From Lama glama (Eukaryota), in the NCBI GenBank assembly GCA_028534125.1, contig CM052816.1:35590001-35654000 (forward strand): a stretch of DNA of 64,000 nt. Reading direction: 5' to 3'. Position numbers and translations under genes: made by a program. This document shows positions 23,976-37,310 of this stretch, in pieces; positions within the stretch are counted from its first letter, which is position 1; each line of letters opens with the position of its first letter. Below the pieces are notes generated by a model, which saw only the letters and a list, made by a program, of their open reading frames with translations, was not told where the DNA came from and did no database searches.

Positions 23976-24086
23976 TATTTTTATTTTATTTTTTATTGAA
24001 GTACAGTTATAATGTGTCAATTTCTGGTGTACAGCATAATGTTTCAATCATACATGTACATATGTATATTTGTTTTCATATTATTT
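23976..24086 (-). mobile_element. Camelid/artiodactyl L1 3' end
   Basis: ttttattgaagtacagttataatgtgtcaatttctggtgtacagcataatg: reverse complement of the motif at 291-345. Confidence 0.85.
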
Positions 24087-24569
24087 TGTGTTTCTGCACC
24101 TGAATTGGCAGATGTTCATACTTAAACCAATGACTAAAAGTTAAAAAAGAGTTTGTTTTTTTTAAAAAAAAAGTGTGTGCATTCCTGTCCTCGAGGTTCT
24201 ACAAGTTTAAAAATAGTCAAGATTTTAAGAAATTTGTTGAGTTAAAATGAGGCAAGAAATATTAATTCTAATTAGTATTTATTCTCTTAAGAATTTATTG
24301 TTTTGGGACAGACTTTCTCTTTGAACCATTGTATGGAAAATGATAAAAAGCCAATTAGATTAAAGAAACTACTTTGGACAAGTTAAGGTTGTTTGTATTC
24401 ACCTCATAGAGTGCCGTGCAGAGAACTTTTGTTGCTGCCTTTGATCTATGAAAAATGACTATCTTGGACTTTTTCTCTTTTCCCTTACCTCACATTTCCT
24501 AGGCAGCTTTCATCATTAAAACGTATTTGATGCAATAAACTGCAATAAACTGCCATTTTTTTAGCACAA

Positions 24570-24727
24570 CTGTGTACTAAATGCTTTAATACACTGTTTA
24601 ATCCCCACAACTGTTTTTCATTTTTGCAGAGAGAAATTGAGACTTAGCTGAAATAAGTTGCCCAGGGTCTCATAAGCTAGTCATTGGCAGAGCCAAGATT
24701 CTAAGCCTGTTTTACTTAACTCTCTGT
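24570..24727 (-). mobile_element. MIR SINE
   Basis: tttaatccccacaac...ttttgcagagagaaattgagacttag...ttgcccagggtctcataagctagtcattggcagagccaagatt. Confidence 0.75.
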
Positions 24728-24740
24728 TAAACTGTCCTTT

Positions 24741-24840
24741 GTTTATTGGCTATCCACTCCAGGTACTATGCTCGGTGCCAGGGATGTGAAGATGAAAAAG
24801 ACCTTCTCAGTGATCTCTGGCACTCAGTCTAGCAGGGCAG
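24741..24840 (-). mobile_element. L2 fragment
   Basis: ccaggtactatgctcggtgccagggatgtgaagatgaaaaagac...ctcagtctagcaggg. Confidence 0.6.
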
Positions 24841-26391
24841 GGTCATTGCCTTTCCCTGTACTGTTCACCTGGCAGTGCCAGGCCTCCCAGCGCCTGCCAG
24901 AGTGGTTGTTCTCCCCAGGTATCAAGTGACATCAGCTAAAGCCCCTGTTCTCCTAGAATTGGCAGTTTGCTGTCTTAACGGCAAGGTGACTATTGCCTAA
25001 AGCAAGCTCTTGTTGTGACACTAACAAGTATTTTCCAAGACTTCTGGTATTCTATCAACAGAAAAATAGGGAAGAAGTGTTACAGCAGAGTAAAGAAGGA
25101 GTATTACCCATATGCACTGAAAATGTCTTTATGTAGTAGGAATCCCAGTTTTTAGGCACATTGAGCCCTGAGCCCAAACTGGTAATGAGACTGACTTTTT
25201 TCTAGCTCCTGTGACTTGCTGCCCGGCCAGTCCATTATGACGACAGAAGCAGCAAGTTTGTTCAGCTGGCCCATGATGACAACCTTTCCAATGTGTGCCC
25301 ACCATTTATTAGGATATTAGTGGCCGGCCATCCTCCAGATGCCCAGCCGTGACTATCACACAAAGAAAACATCAGCTTTCTTGGATGTGGCTATTATAAT
25401 TGGAAAATTAGTTTTGCCTTCATGGCTGCATCACATTTGGAATCTCACTTCGATGTTGTTATTAGTTTGGGCTCATGGTGCTCGTGATAACTGTCTCACA
25501 TTAATCACGTCCATCATGTGATTCTTAATTTGCTCTATTATGACAAATGGATTTAGACACAAACTTGCAATTACCTATTTTGAGGTTAATAGCAGACTTG
25601 GGGTTGTAATTGGTTACTAAATATTCAATTTAGAGAAATTATTTCTCACCCAGCTCTAAAACATGTTCTAAATGAGCAAATTGTATTTTTTACTATCACT
25701 GCAAAATTGTGCCAGATGAGGCCATATGAGTCATTTAAGCAGAGTAATACACCCAAAAGTTTTTACCAGAACAGACTATCTGGTGTGCATTCTGTGGGGA
25801 GTTCTGCTCTTTGCCATTATCTTATTTATCCACCCCAGTTTTATATGGATCTCAAATTATTCTAGAACATTTTACTGTATAAATTCTCCTTATAAGGAAT
25901 ATTGTGGGGTGGTTATTCTGTTTTCAGAATACTAGCAGTCTTATTAACTTCCTGCATTTATCATTTTTTAATCTAATGGCAAGAAGATATTTGTAAAAGT
26001 TGCTATACCTATTGATTTTCCCCTCAGATCTTTTTGTTAGGTAGTGTCTATTTTAATTGATTGTATTATCTGAAACCACCTCAGAAATTCTCTTTCTGAA
26101 TGAATGGAGGGATCTCATGCAGGGTTCTTTTTGGTTATAGAGACGTTTTCTTGGAAGGTTTGCAGAGACTATTCCCCTTCTGCTCCTGCTCTCTCTCCTT
26201 ACGTATGCATTCCTGTACATCTCCTGGAAATGATTCATCTATTTCCAAGAAATTTCCTTTTCTAACAAATCTTAGGAACAGGAAATTACAGGCCTATGGG
26301 ATGCCAGTCAGCAAGTGATTGCAGAAAGTTGTGAGAGATGGAAACATGGAAATGAGAGGTGGAGGAGGTTCAGAAATCAGCCTGCTTAGAA

Positions 26392-26618
26392 GTTGGTTAA
26401 CGTGAAGGCTGAGAGTCCAGATTCGGACATCACGCAGCCTGGATTTGACTCCTGTTCGGCTCTTTTCTGTTGCTCGGTGAGCAAGTCCCTGAACTTGTAT
26501 CAGTTTCCTCATCAGAAAAAATGGTAATGTCTCTCTTACAGAGTTGTAGTGAAAATTAAATAAGTAATTTCATAAAGCTCATACCATATTACTAAGTGTT
26601 TAGTGAATGTTAGCCATT
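26392..26618 (+). mobile_element. MIR SINE
   Basis: gcctggatttgactcctg...gagcaagtccctgaac...cagtttcctcatcagaaaaaatgg...agttgtagtgaaaattaaat. Confidence 0.8.
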
Positions 26619-26799
26619 CTGACCTAGTCCCCATTCTTATCCAAAAAGGAAATTCTTTCCACATGGTTCTTAGAGGATGATAATTGAGCTGGTACTTTAA
26701 AAACTTTGCCTATAAGAGGCATTTGTTACGGTCCCAAGTATGTTACCGGTATTTTTGAATAGTTCTAATAATGAGAGTTGGAGTCTTCTTTCTTGTGAC

Positions 26800-27300
26800 T
26801 TCTGTACTTTGGGCCCAGCTCTGCTCATCAGGACATATATAATGTGTTTTCTATAAAGTCTTTTCAAATATGTGAACTATCTTATCCATCCTTGCTTCCA
26901 TGTCTTTTCTTCCCAAGGCTAATGACCAGTTCCCTTAACTATCTCATATATAACATTGTTAGCAGGCCCCTTACCTTCCTATTTGCCCTAAATAGGTCCT
27001 TAATTCACGTGTTAACATCACTATTAAAATATGGTGCCTAGAGTAAAACCAGTTATTATCTGACAGGTGCAGCATGTGACTTCTTTTGTTTTAGATGTAC
27101 ATAGTATCATTGTCTAAGATTTCTTTAGTTTTTTTCTGTGTGTACATTGGGATAGGGAAGTTGTATGGAAACCACTGTGCTCTTTTCTCTTGGATGCTAA
27201 AATCTGTAAGGCCTTTTCACATTAACTGAGAAATGCCTTAAGCCATTTTTGGTGCTATTGATATTTTAACCCACGTGTAAGACTTTATATTATGTATTTT
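26800..27300 (-). mobile_element. CR1/L3 fragment
   Basis: cttttcaaatatgtgaac...gtcttttcttcccaaggctaa...cagttcccttaactatctcatata...ttaaaatatggtgcctagag resembles antisense L3. Confidence 0.7.
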
Positions 27301-27619
27301 TTTAACTTTTATTAAAAGTGAATGTAAATGTAGTAATCCCCTTGTTAACATAGCAGTAAGAAAAGGGTATATGTTGGGAGAAGTATTAGAAAGAATTCAT
27401 TTGTTTTTTGAAGTGCCTAGCTTAGTGTGATACACAGAATATCCATTGACTATTAGATATTCAAATAGTTAACACTCATTGAGCCTTTGTTATGTACCAA
27501 GAACTATCCTAAGCATTTTACAGGCAAGTTCTACATCTTAGCTGTATTTTATAGCATAAAATTTATAATGTAAAGAGAGAGCCTATAACTTGCTGAGGCT
27601 CACATACTAGTTGATGATG

Positions 27620-28025
27620 GACGGGTAGACAGGACCAAATTCTCTATGCCCTGAAGGCGAGGGAAGGCATGTGGATTTGATTCAAAAGCCATGGATATGA
27701 CATTGAAGAGTGTTCCCTGGGGAGTGGCACAGCCAGGTTTGTGGGGTTGAAAAGGATTGCTCTGGTCACTTTGCAGAGAGGAAGTTGGAGAACAGCCAGA
27801 GTGCAAAGAGGCCACCACAAGGCTATTTTTGGCAAGACATGTTTAGGCAAGACATGGCAAGGAGGCAGAAGAGGAGCAAAGAAGTGGGTGGCTGAAGATC
27901 TGTTCTGGAGTTTGAGTTCTCAGGATTTGGTGGTTGGCTGGATATGTGGTCAAGGAAAGAGAGGACTCTGGGGTGACTCCTGGATTTCTGGCTTCAGCCA
28001 CAAGATGCAGTGATGATTGAAAATA
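27620..28025 (-). mobile_element. L2 internal fragment
   Basis: aaaggattgctctggtcactttgcagagag...caggatttggtggttggctggatatgtgg...gggtgactcctggatttctggcttcagc. Confidence 0.75.
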
Positions 28026-28474
28026 CAAATCAGTTAATTACTTACCTGATTATGTGCTCAGAATATGTCTTAGTGAGTGACTAAATGAATGGATGATCTA
28101 TGTTAAAGTTAAAATAAAAGACTCCTTTCCAAAGGCTTATATCTCTATTATCTCATAGTCTTAAGGAAGATTTTATAAGACAATGTCCTTTGGAGAAAAT
28201 GGAGCCTTTTTCTTTAAACATAGTACCTTGAGAGAGATTTTTCTCTCTAGAAAGAAAATGTCTTTTTCCCATGAGGAAAGTTGGCAGGCAGCAATTCCCA
28301 TTTGTTCCTTTATGTTTCCAAGCTTTTTAGTCTTCTCTGATATATTTCTATGAGATTAAATCATGGATACATGTGTCTAAACACATCTGTTCTGTTCAGA
28401 GTATGTTGGAAATGTTTAGGTGAAAGAAGGAATAGAGCTGGAAAGAGGTAGGAGAGAATAAAAGGGAAAGGAGG

Positions 28475-28620
28475 ATCATGGAATTTTAGTTCCATGAGGA
28501 GCCTTACAGATAATGTCTACTCAACTGCTCATCTCAGAGCTGAAGAAGTCAAGGACCAGACAAGTTGCTCTTCATCCAACCTGGAGCCATAGATCTGCAG
28601 GCTGGAGTTCTCTTGACTGC
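28475..28620 (-). mobile_element. MIR3-like fragment
   Basis: atcatggaattttag...gccttacagataatgtctactcaactgctcat. Confidence 0.5.
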
Positions 28621-29359
28621 CATGATTTTCTTAAAGCTATCTTCTAGAGAAAGGCGCTGTAGAACAAGAGCCAAATTCTAAGTTAAGGAAGAAGTAGCTT
28701 CCACCTGATTGGTGGAAACAATAACAGAAAAATGTCAGTGAGAATGCCACACTTTAGAAGGTCAACAGGTTGAGAGAGTTGAAAAGAGAGGGGAAAGGAG
28801 CTAAAAGTAGATGCCCTGGTGAGAATCAACAGCGCAGGGTTGGGATCAGGGTCAGGCAAACCTAAGAAAGGATAGTGAGCGTCAGTAAGCACCCTAGGTG
28901 TCAAGGTGTGGGAAGGTTGCTACGTGGACTGGTAGGTGTATTTCAGACATCCAAAGGAAACTAAGCATTGTACAGCCCAGGCAAAGCTCCCTGCTTTCTG
29001 AAGGTTTATTTCTCCATAGCCTCATATTCTTAAGGAAAATTTTGTAAGACGGTAACCTTATGAGAAAAACTTAAGACCTATAGGAGCTTATAGGCAGAGA
29101 GCAATAGGCATGAGGCGTTTCAAGTTGGGAGCTAAATCCAGAATTTTGGTATGTAAGAAGCTCAGCCCTTGAAAGTGGGGCCCATAAGCAATGCCAAGGT
29201 AATGGCCATTGTACTCCACCTGTCAGGCCCTGACCATAAACCATCTTTTTCTGATCAGCCCATGAAAACTGTTGAATTGGCATGATAATAGGCCAGGACT
29301 GGAGTTCATTGAGAGACAAAGATGAGAAAAATAATGTACCTTTCAAAATAAGAGGAGCT

Positions 29360-29575
29360 ATAAAAAGGTATATAGTGAAAAATCACCCTCCCAATCCTGG
29401 TACTGTACCCGGTACCCACTCTTGCTAACAGCTAACATTTCTAATTTATCCAGTATGGATGTTTTTCTGCATATGCTAGCCAAACAAATACAATATTCTT
29501 GTTTCCCTTCATTTTTTACACAGTGGTGCTGCATCATGTACACTGTTCTGTACCTTACTGTTTTCATCTGCTAAA
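29360..29575 (-). mobile_element. L1ME-like 3' end
   Basis: aaaaggtatatagtgaaaaatcaccctccc...catcatgtacactgttctgtaccttactgttttca. Confidence 0.7.
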
Positions 29576-30069
29576 TAATTATAAGGCCTCTCACAACACA
29601 GAGTCATATCAAATCCAAAATATATCCAGGGGCTTCGATCCCTAGTGAAAGTTTCCAGATACTAATTTGTGATTCAAGATTAAGTAAGACTGATAAAAGT
29701 AACAGTGCGAGAATGTTGGACATTGTGCTTGAGAACGCCCATTTGATTACTCTCCGTGTCGGGGGTACGGAGCAGCCTGGATACGGACCCAGCTGTGCAA
29801 CTGTTCTAGCCCTATTACATGCCAATCTGAACAGCACTGAGTGATCAAGTTATCCCCACTGTTTCCTTGTGTGTAAATGGGAGAGGGCTAGATGGGCCAG
29901 ATTTTAAGGTAAATTCTAATTCTAGAACTGATAAGACTGTCTGAGTAGTTTAAAATCTCACCAGTTGGCTATCAGGTACTGGAATACATCTGGCTGTTAG
30001 ATTTATTATTGTGGAGGTGCATGTTCTGGCAACTTCCTTCCAAAAGAATTGTCTTCGAAGTGATTGACT

Positions 30070-31215
30070 TTTTAAATTGTGAAAATGCTAGGTATTCAGA
30101 AAAGCATGGAGAAGAGTATACCAATATCAGTACGCCTTGGCTTAAAAAAATAAATATGGAGACAATTAAAGCCCCTGATTGCATTTCTATCTTTCCCCTC
30201 CCAAAGTAACCACTCTCCTGATACTGCTATTTTTCATTCCCACACACATCTAAATGCTTTTGCTTCATTTGTATGTATCTCTGAACAATATAGATCATTC
30301 CTTTGGAGGTTTTAAATTTTTACATAAGTGTTTTTTTGCTATATATATTTTCTGCTTCTCACTTTCTTTGTTGTTGTTCAGCATTATGCTTTTGAGATTT
30401 ATCCACATTGGTCTGTGTATCCTAATTAATTCGTTTTTGCCATTCTATAAACAGTCCCAATTTAATTATTCATTTCCCAATTGAAAGACATTTAGGTGAT
30501 TCTTCTCTTTTCTATTACAAACAGTGCTGCACTGAATATCCTTGTATATATCTCTTTGTGTCTAAGAATAAATGTAGGAATGCATCTTCAACTTTACTAG
30601 ATGTTGCCAATTTGCTCTCCAAAGTTGTGCTAATTTACACTCCCACCATCAGGTGTAAGATTTCTCATTGCTCAACATCCCTGCCAACACTTGGTGTTGC
30701 CAGACTTTTTAATGTTTGCCAATCTGATCAGTGTGAAATGGTATCTTATTATGGCTTTAATTTGTATTTACCTGATTTCTGATGAAGTAAAGAATTTTTA
30801 GGTATGTTTATTGGACCTTCAAGTTTTATCTTATTTTGGACTACCTCTATATGGCTTTTTTGTTTGTTTAGGAGATTGTTTTATCTTATTGATTTGTAGA
30901 CATTCTTTGACGATCCGAATGTTAATCTTTTGTCAGTAATATGCTTTGCAAATATCTTCCCCAAATCTATGGCTTGACTTCATTTTGTTTGTGGTATCTT
31001 CATGAACAAGTTTCTTTTTTTAATGTAGTTGAATTTATCATTTTGTGCTTTGTTTTCTTTCCTTCTATTTTGCTTTTAGAGGCCTTCTCTTTTCAAAATT
31101 AAGATCATTTTCTCCTAAAAGTTCAGAGGAAGTTTTTTTTACTTACATATTTTCCACCTGAATTCATTTTTTAAAATGTGGTTAACCATTTGTTGAGTAT
31201 TCCATCTTTTACCCA
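30070..31215 (-). mobile_element. L1ME-like 3' region (about 1.1 kb)
   Basis: tagatgttgccaatttgctctccaaagttgtgctaatttacactcccaccatcag...tgccaatctgatcagtgtgaaatggtatct...tttaatttgtatt...ttgcaaatatcttcccc. Confidence 0.85.
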
Positions 31216-31699
31216 GTGTCATTTAATTAATTAAACAAAAAATACATTCTAGACCATGTAACATACCCATCAAAGTTAATAGCCTAACAGAAGTATTTAT
31301 TTCTTTCAAGATGACTGTTATTGCTCAACATATTTATGAAGTTTATCTCTTTACAATTACATTCAAAGACTGCTATAAATTATTTAACAACTACCATCAT
31401 TGGTAAAATTTTCTTTATGGCCAGATTTAATTTTTGGAAAGGATTAGAACTCCTTTAGAATAAGCTCAGTGATGAAACCAGAGAGTGATTTTTTATTTAA
31501 CTTGAAAGATGTGCCTGCAAACTGTTAAGACTATCTCTGGTGTGAACATAAAATGACTCTGAAAACAGACTTTAAGAGAAATTCTCAAAGCATTTTGAAA
31601 TAACAGTAATCTCAACATCAATAAGGGCATAAAATCTCCATTATGTTTATTTGGAAGTTTAACCCTGGTGTATTTAAGCCAATTCCTTATAATTTAGCA

Positions 31700-32520
31700 A
31701 GGTAGCAGATAGATAATACCTGTGGTTATAAATACAAAATAGAAAATAAAGTGCTGTGGAAATAAAGAAGGTGTATAGAGAGGATCTGGCCATTGTGAGG
31801 AGTTAAGAAAAGCTATGTGGTAAGGATGACATTTGAACTGAACCTGGAGGGTGAATAGAAATCCTTCAGATGAGGGTCATAATATGCAAAACACGCAGTG
31901 TAGGCACAGAAGATACAGTTGGCCTTCATATGCAAGGCACCTTCAAGATTAAGAGTTTATTTAATGTGGTCAGAAATACCATTTGGGAACTGCAGTTTGA
32001 TCCCTCACGACCAAATGTCACCACAAAAGTCTTTTAAGTGTGAAAGCAGTGTGATCAGATTTATACTTTTGATCAAAAGCATCCTGGCAATGGTGCAGTT
32101 GGAGAACTTTTTCTATAAAGGGCCAGATTGCAAATAATTTAGGTTTTGTGGGCCATACAGTCTCTTTCACTATTGTGGTATGAAAGCAACCATTGATAAT
32201 ACATAAGTGAATAAGTGTGGCCGTGTTCTGATTAAACTCTCTGGACAGAAACAGGCAGCAGGCAGGATCTGGCCCTTGGCCATAGTTTACTGACTACTGG
32301 TGTAGGGGAGAGATGCAGGAGAAGATGTACAGAAGACAAGAACAACTGAAATGATTGGACTGGATTGAGTTAAAAAAAAAAAAAAGTGATGTGGTTCCAA
32401 ACCAGGACTGTGAAAGTGGGGCTGGAGAGAAAGGGATGGCTAAGGAAATGTTGTGGAAGTATACATTGGCACAGTGGCTATTTTCTGGAGCGGGATGAGT
32501 GGCTGGTAGTAAAGAATTGC
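31700..32520 (-). mobile_element. L2 fragment interrupted by MER58A
   Basis: ggatgacatttgaactgaacctggagggtgaatagaa; gtgtgatcagatttatactttt...catcctggcaatggtg. Confidence 0.6.
32095..32299 (+). mobile_element. MER58A
   Basis: aactttttctataaagggccagattgcaaataatttaggttttgtgggccatacagtctct...ggatctggcccttggccatagtttactgac. Confidence 0.85.
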
Positions 32521-33925
32521 TGGGGGACTTGCCTCTGGAAAGCCTTGTGTGTCTTTGGAGACCCCTCCACCTCTTCTCTGAACTCTCCAAGATGTCAAAG
32601 CCTTGTATTTTCTTTAGAGCCCACCTTGTATGACTTGAAGGACCATGGTGGTGGGGAAGGGCATAGTGAGGGATGTTAGGCACTCTGAGAACAATCATGG
32701 GAGCTCCGTAGACTTGCTGGTGTTGCCTGTATCCAGACTTTAGCCTTGTACCAGGTGGTAGAAGGTCCACACAGGAGCATCTGTGTGCAGTGGCTTCCAG
32801 GGGTGGTGACCACCATGGCACCTTTCAGTTGGCAGCAGACATTTTAATGAGCATTTTCAGCTGCAACCTTTATCCATGTGAGAGCCAACAGTCAGAGCCT
32901 GAGGGGCCAAGAACTAGTAATTCAATAACAGAACTTTCCATCATGGCACTCATTGAATGAGGCACACAAAATCTGTCTTCCTCTCTTCTAACAGCTGAAA
33001 TAATTCAGCTATATTCGGCCACTTCAGCTCTGCTGGGGGGGGGAAGAGGGGTGTGTAAGATGCTGAATTAGGTTCCACTTGAATTCTTTAGTCCTCCTGA
33101 TACTGAAAGGTTCTTCTTATCTTCTGAAATGTGAGTGCTAACTTGAAGACAGTGGAGAGTTTTTCTTTCTGTATCTCTAACATGGGATCAAGATTATATC
33201 CGTCCTCAGCCACCAAGTCTTGTGTTAATGGAACTAAAACTCTCTGGGGAAGCATCCCAAACCTCTTTAATGTTCCCAAGCACTAAAGTTTGCATTAGGA
33301 CTTTTACATTAGCTGAGGTGTCTATAAAAATACGTGCTTTACAGCCAGGTCCCTAGTGGCTTCACATCCGAACAAACTGTGGAGCGTCCGTCGTTCTGCC
33401 CGAGAGCTGGAATAACTCACTACTGCAGGTACTGCCATTATGTAACATAGCTGAGAATGTTCTGCAGTTCCTGGGGCAAAGTTCAGCCGTGATTCTGTAG
33501 TATAGTGTAAAGATACGATTGATTTTTAACTATTGTCATCTAAGATGCATTGATAGAGAATTGTGGAATTTTAGGAAAAGAGCGTTTTGTGGTTTCTTTT
33601 TAAGATGAGCAGTTGATTGTTTTTTTACACCTTTAGATGTCATGATTTCCCCCACTGTTTCATCATCTTGTGCTGTAACTTAACCCCTGAGCATTCTGGC
33701 ACGTGTCTTGCCAGAAAATCCTCAACCTTTCGCATGTAATCACAAGCAAAAATTGTTTTTTAAACTTTTCACTTCACTTAGCAATAATTTTGTTTGAGAC
33801 ATTGTTTAGAATCTTATCTTAGGTGAAATCTTCTAAATTGGTGATTATGCTTTGCTGCTTGTGTGGCAGATGTTTAATAAAAGTTCATTTTTAAATTTCA
33901 CAAATTAGACACTAGAAGGCGAGAA

Positions 33926-34106
33926 GCTGTGGCTCTCAGCCTAGGCTGTATATTGGAGTCACTGAGGGAGCTTTTAAAAATACTCATGCCCAAGCTCTCT
34001 CTCAGATTAATTGAATTTGATTCTCCAGCAGTGGGTTCGGGGTCCAATATTTCTTTAAAGGATCCCCTGATGATTCTAATGTGCAGCCAAGGTTTGAGAA
34101 CCCCTG
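33926..34106. mobile_element. MER5A-family MITE
   Basis: gtggctctcagcctaggctgtatattggagtcac...ggagcttttaaaaatactcatgccc...gattctaatgtgcagccaaggtttgagaacccctg. Confidence 0.85.
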
Positions 34107-34111
34107 CTTTT

Positions 34112-34725
34112 TAAAATGCAAATCCCATTGTGTGCTTTCTCACTTTAAAACCCTTTGTCAACAGAAAACAGCCTAACTGCTTAGCATTTAAGTTTTTTCC
34201 CTGAAAGGCTCCCCTACTCATCCACAGAAGCTCATGCTAGTCTGCTGCGTATACCCTCCAACTACTCCATTTTCCCCCCGGTTTTACTGAGATACACTTG
34301 ACATAAAGCACTGGATAAGTGTAATGAATACAGCATAATTATTTGACATGTATATTGTAAATGATTGCCACAATGATAATCCATTTTTTCAAACGGGCAG
34401 TGCTACCTCCTATCTCCATGTGTTATCAAATATTTGCAGAAGAGACCCTATCTTTGCCCACCAATGTCTTTCCATTTTTAAGATGCCCCTTAAGCATCAG
34501 CAGCCCTACTTAGCAAGCCTTTCTGGCTCTCTCAGGTGTGTTCGCTCCTCCCTGCCCTGTGCATCTTATCACCCTGCCTGTAGCTGGTTATCTCACTTTG
34601 CCCTGTTCAGCTGTATGACCCTCTCCTCCAAAACAGAGTTACTTGAGGGTTCAATCCATGCCTTACTGTTCTTTGTATTATACCGTGCCTAAAACATAGT
34701 AAGGACTCAGCATATGAATGAATTA
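34112..34725 (+). mobile_element. L2 3' region with an L1 insertion at about 34270-34374
   Basis: aaaatgcaaatccc...ctttaaaaccctt; ends ctttgtattataccgtgcctaaaacatagtaaggactcagcatatgaatgaat. Confidence 0.7.
34270..34374 (-). mobile_element. L1 3' end (L1MA9-like)
   Basis: gttttactgagatacacttgacataaagcactggataagt...tacagcataattatttgac...tatattgtaaatgattgccacaat; flanked by tccatttt on both sides. Confidence 0.75.
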
Positions 34726-34759
34726 AATTTATTATAAAAATTCATTTTATAGGGAACAG

Positions 34760-35001
34760 CAGCATGGGTTACAGAGACAGATTGCCTGGGTTCAAATGAC
34801 AGCTCTGCCACTTACTAGCTTTGTAATCTTGAGCAAGTTATTGAATGTATCTAAGCCTCAGTTTCATTATCTGGTAAGTGAGAATACTACTATTTCCTAC
34901 TTCATAGGCTTATGAGAATTAAATGGGATACTGTTTGTAAAGTGACTAGTGACAGTACCTAATGCATAGGAAGCATTAAATAAATGTTCACGGCTATTAC
35001 T
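34760..35001 (+). mobile_element. MIR SINE, near full length
   Basis: cagattgcctgggttcaaatgacagctctgccacttactagctttgtaatcttgagcaagtta...gcctcagtttcattatctg. Confidence 0.9.
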
Positions 35002-37191
35002 TTTACTGCCTCCCAACTGGTTTCCATCTGGATGCCACTCTCAGTATTATCCACGATAGGGATGGAGCCTGAAGCGGGTGAAACATGGTGAGTAAGGTTT
35101 ACGTTAGTCTGGTCTAGGGGGGTTGGGTCCCCCTGCCCGTCTCTTCCAAGGCCTTATCTGCTGGCTTTGAGAAGGGAGAACACAGAGCTACATGGAATCG
35201 GCTGGTAGAACCTCTGAAGACAATGAGAGGTTACTGGATTTTGAAAGGGTGTGCTAGAGCAGGAGAGTGAAGTAATTCAGATTGTATATGAACAGAATTA
35301 TTCTAAACAATTTTACATGATAGGAAATACTGGAAACAGGGTAAGATCCCCCAAATTTATTGAGAGTAGAAACTGGCTCTGAATTCCCTACTTTAAAGAA
35401 GTAAGAAATGATATACACACTGATACTTTATGGCTACAGTCATCCACCCAGAGGCATTCACTGAAACCAGATCATCATAGCCCTTTCTGATCTGTGGAGG
35501 TTCTGGTAGTTAGAAGGCTAGAAGAAGAGAGAAGATGGAGAGAAAAAGACAAAAAGCAAGCAGAAAGTCAGATTACTTATTTACTTTTTGTCATGTTATA
35601 TGCCCTGCAAGCACCAGGCTTGTCAGGGTCTGAAAAGTATAAAATCATCATTGTAATAACTGAGGAAGGATTACAGTGACTTCAACCTGAAAATAATGTA
35701 GCTTTAAACATCACTGCTACATTTTTACCTGCATTTTGCTTGTAGGTTAAATTAAAAATGACACACAGTGTCCCATAGCACAATACCTGGCGCATCATCT
35801 GGACTCAGTAACCATAAACTGTTGTTGATATCACGAGGTTGATGATGATTATCCATGACTCATTCATCAGTAGGAGAAAATCCTCCACTTCCAGAGCATA
35901 CTTAGGAACATTGGTTGGGATGATGCATCAAAATTCAGTGTAAATTCTGTTGGACTCAAATGTAAATAGTAATTCTGTCCTGATATTCGAGCTTGAGAAT
36001 TTCAGTATTAGAGAAAAGAAGCATTCAGATCCTAGAGGTGTAACATCATGAATAATAGGGATTCCATTCAACTGATTTTAAAAGAACTTGTTTCATATAT
36101 AATTCCTATAAATATTTCAAAATCCGCAGAAGAGATAATAACCAAAGGATAAAGAAGGGCCACTATTATTCAGGTATAGAAGTGAAGCATATGGCTGTTT
36201 TCTAGAAGATATGTTTATGGTAATATAACATATGGAGAAAATCAAGTTGAAGCCCTCTGGAGATCAGACTAATAGATCACCACTAAGCAGATGTAAATTG
36301 CAGTGCCTCAGTCACCTACCAATGCTCTCTCTTAGAATTAAAGGAACGTTTCAATAGCTGAAAGTGAAGTTATTTTTAAACATAAAAATCACTTAGATGC
36401 ATATTTACATACAGTATATTTATTTTCATCCTTAGTATTTAAAGACAGTGCTACTAGTTCTGAAGACTGATATGGCTAAAAGACAGATAAGTGATTAATA
36501 ACCCTTTCCACCGTAGATTCATAGATGCTAGTGACTTTGACGCCTAGAATCATGTTTTCCCACATAGTTTTTCTCAGTATGAGCTGTCCTGTTTCTTGAT
36601 TACTGATAACCAGATTCATCTCAGCTTCTCTGTTTTTTTTTTAACAGCTTGGCCATATCATTTTGAGTGGTGCTTCACTGGGTTCTTTAAAGAATTTCTT
36701 ACACTCATCTGGCTTACGTTAATCCCATTTCGGGTCACCATTAAAGCAGTTGTTTTCATGTCTAATCGGCAGGCTCGCATAATCCACAAGAAGCCTGTTG
36801 TCAAGTGCACTTCTTCAACCTGGTAAATTTACCACAGTCTGGGGTTGTGTTATTTGTGCTCCTGTCTCATTGTTTACTATTAGCTAAAGTATTACTCACA
36901 GGTGATGCTGATGGAATTGCGCAGATAATCAGACGTGGTCAGTCCAGGTCCCTAGCCATGGACTGGACGGTTGGACATTCATCACTTTGATCTTGACCTT
37001 GTTGCTACAGTGAGTGCGCACCCTGTCTGCCCGACTCAAAGGTCATGCTGGCCTTCTTGATTTGATTTTCTACTCTGTCAGTCAGCACACCATTAGGCAG
37101 AGAGCTGCCAGTGACCCCTGTAATCTCAGTATTGCCAGTGAGCAGTGTGTGGGGTTCTGCTGATGGGGACAAGTATGTGATCTCATGCTGT

Positions 37192-37310
37192 AATTCAATT
37201 CAACATCTATTGATTGTACACCTGCCATTTGCTTAGAAATACACAAGGTGCCACAGGGTAGAAGGAAATACAGGCACGTTTTCTACCTTCAAGGAGCTTA
37301 CAGTATTATT
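37192..37310 (-). mobile_element. L2 3' fragment
   Basis: aattcaattcaacatctattga...ctaccttcaaggagcttacagt. Confidence 0.55.

Noticed and set aside
24531..24553. Short tandem duplications (also near 11998, 27830 and 42543)
   Set aside because: Two-copy 10-15 bp slippage duplications with no repeat-spacer periodicity; not CRISPR-like.
32294..32821. 175-aa minus-strand ORF
   Set aside because: Runs into L2-like sequence and a homopolymer run; no homology recognised.
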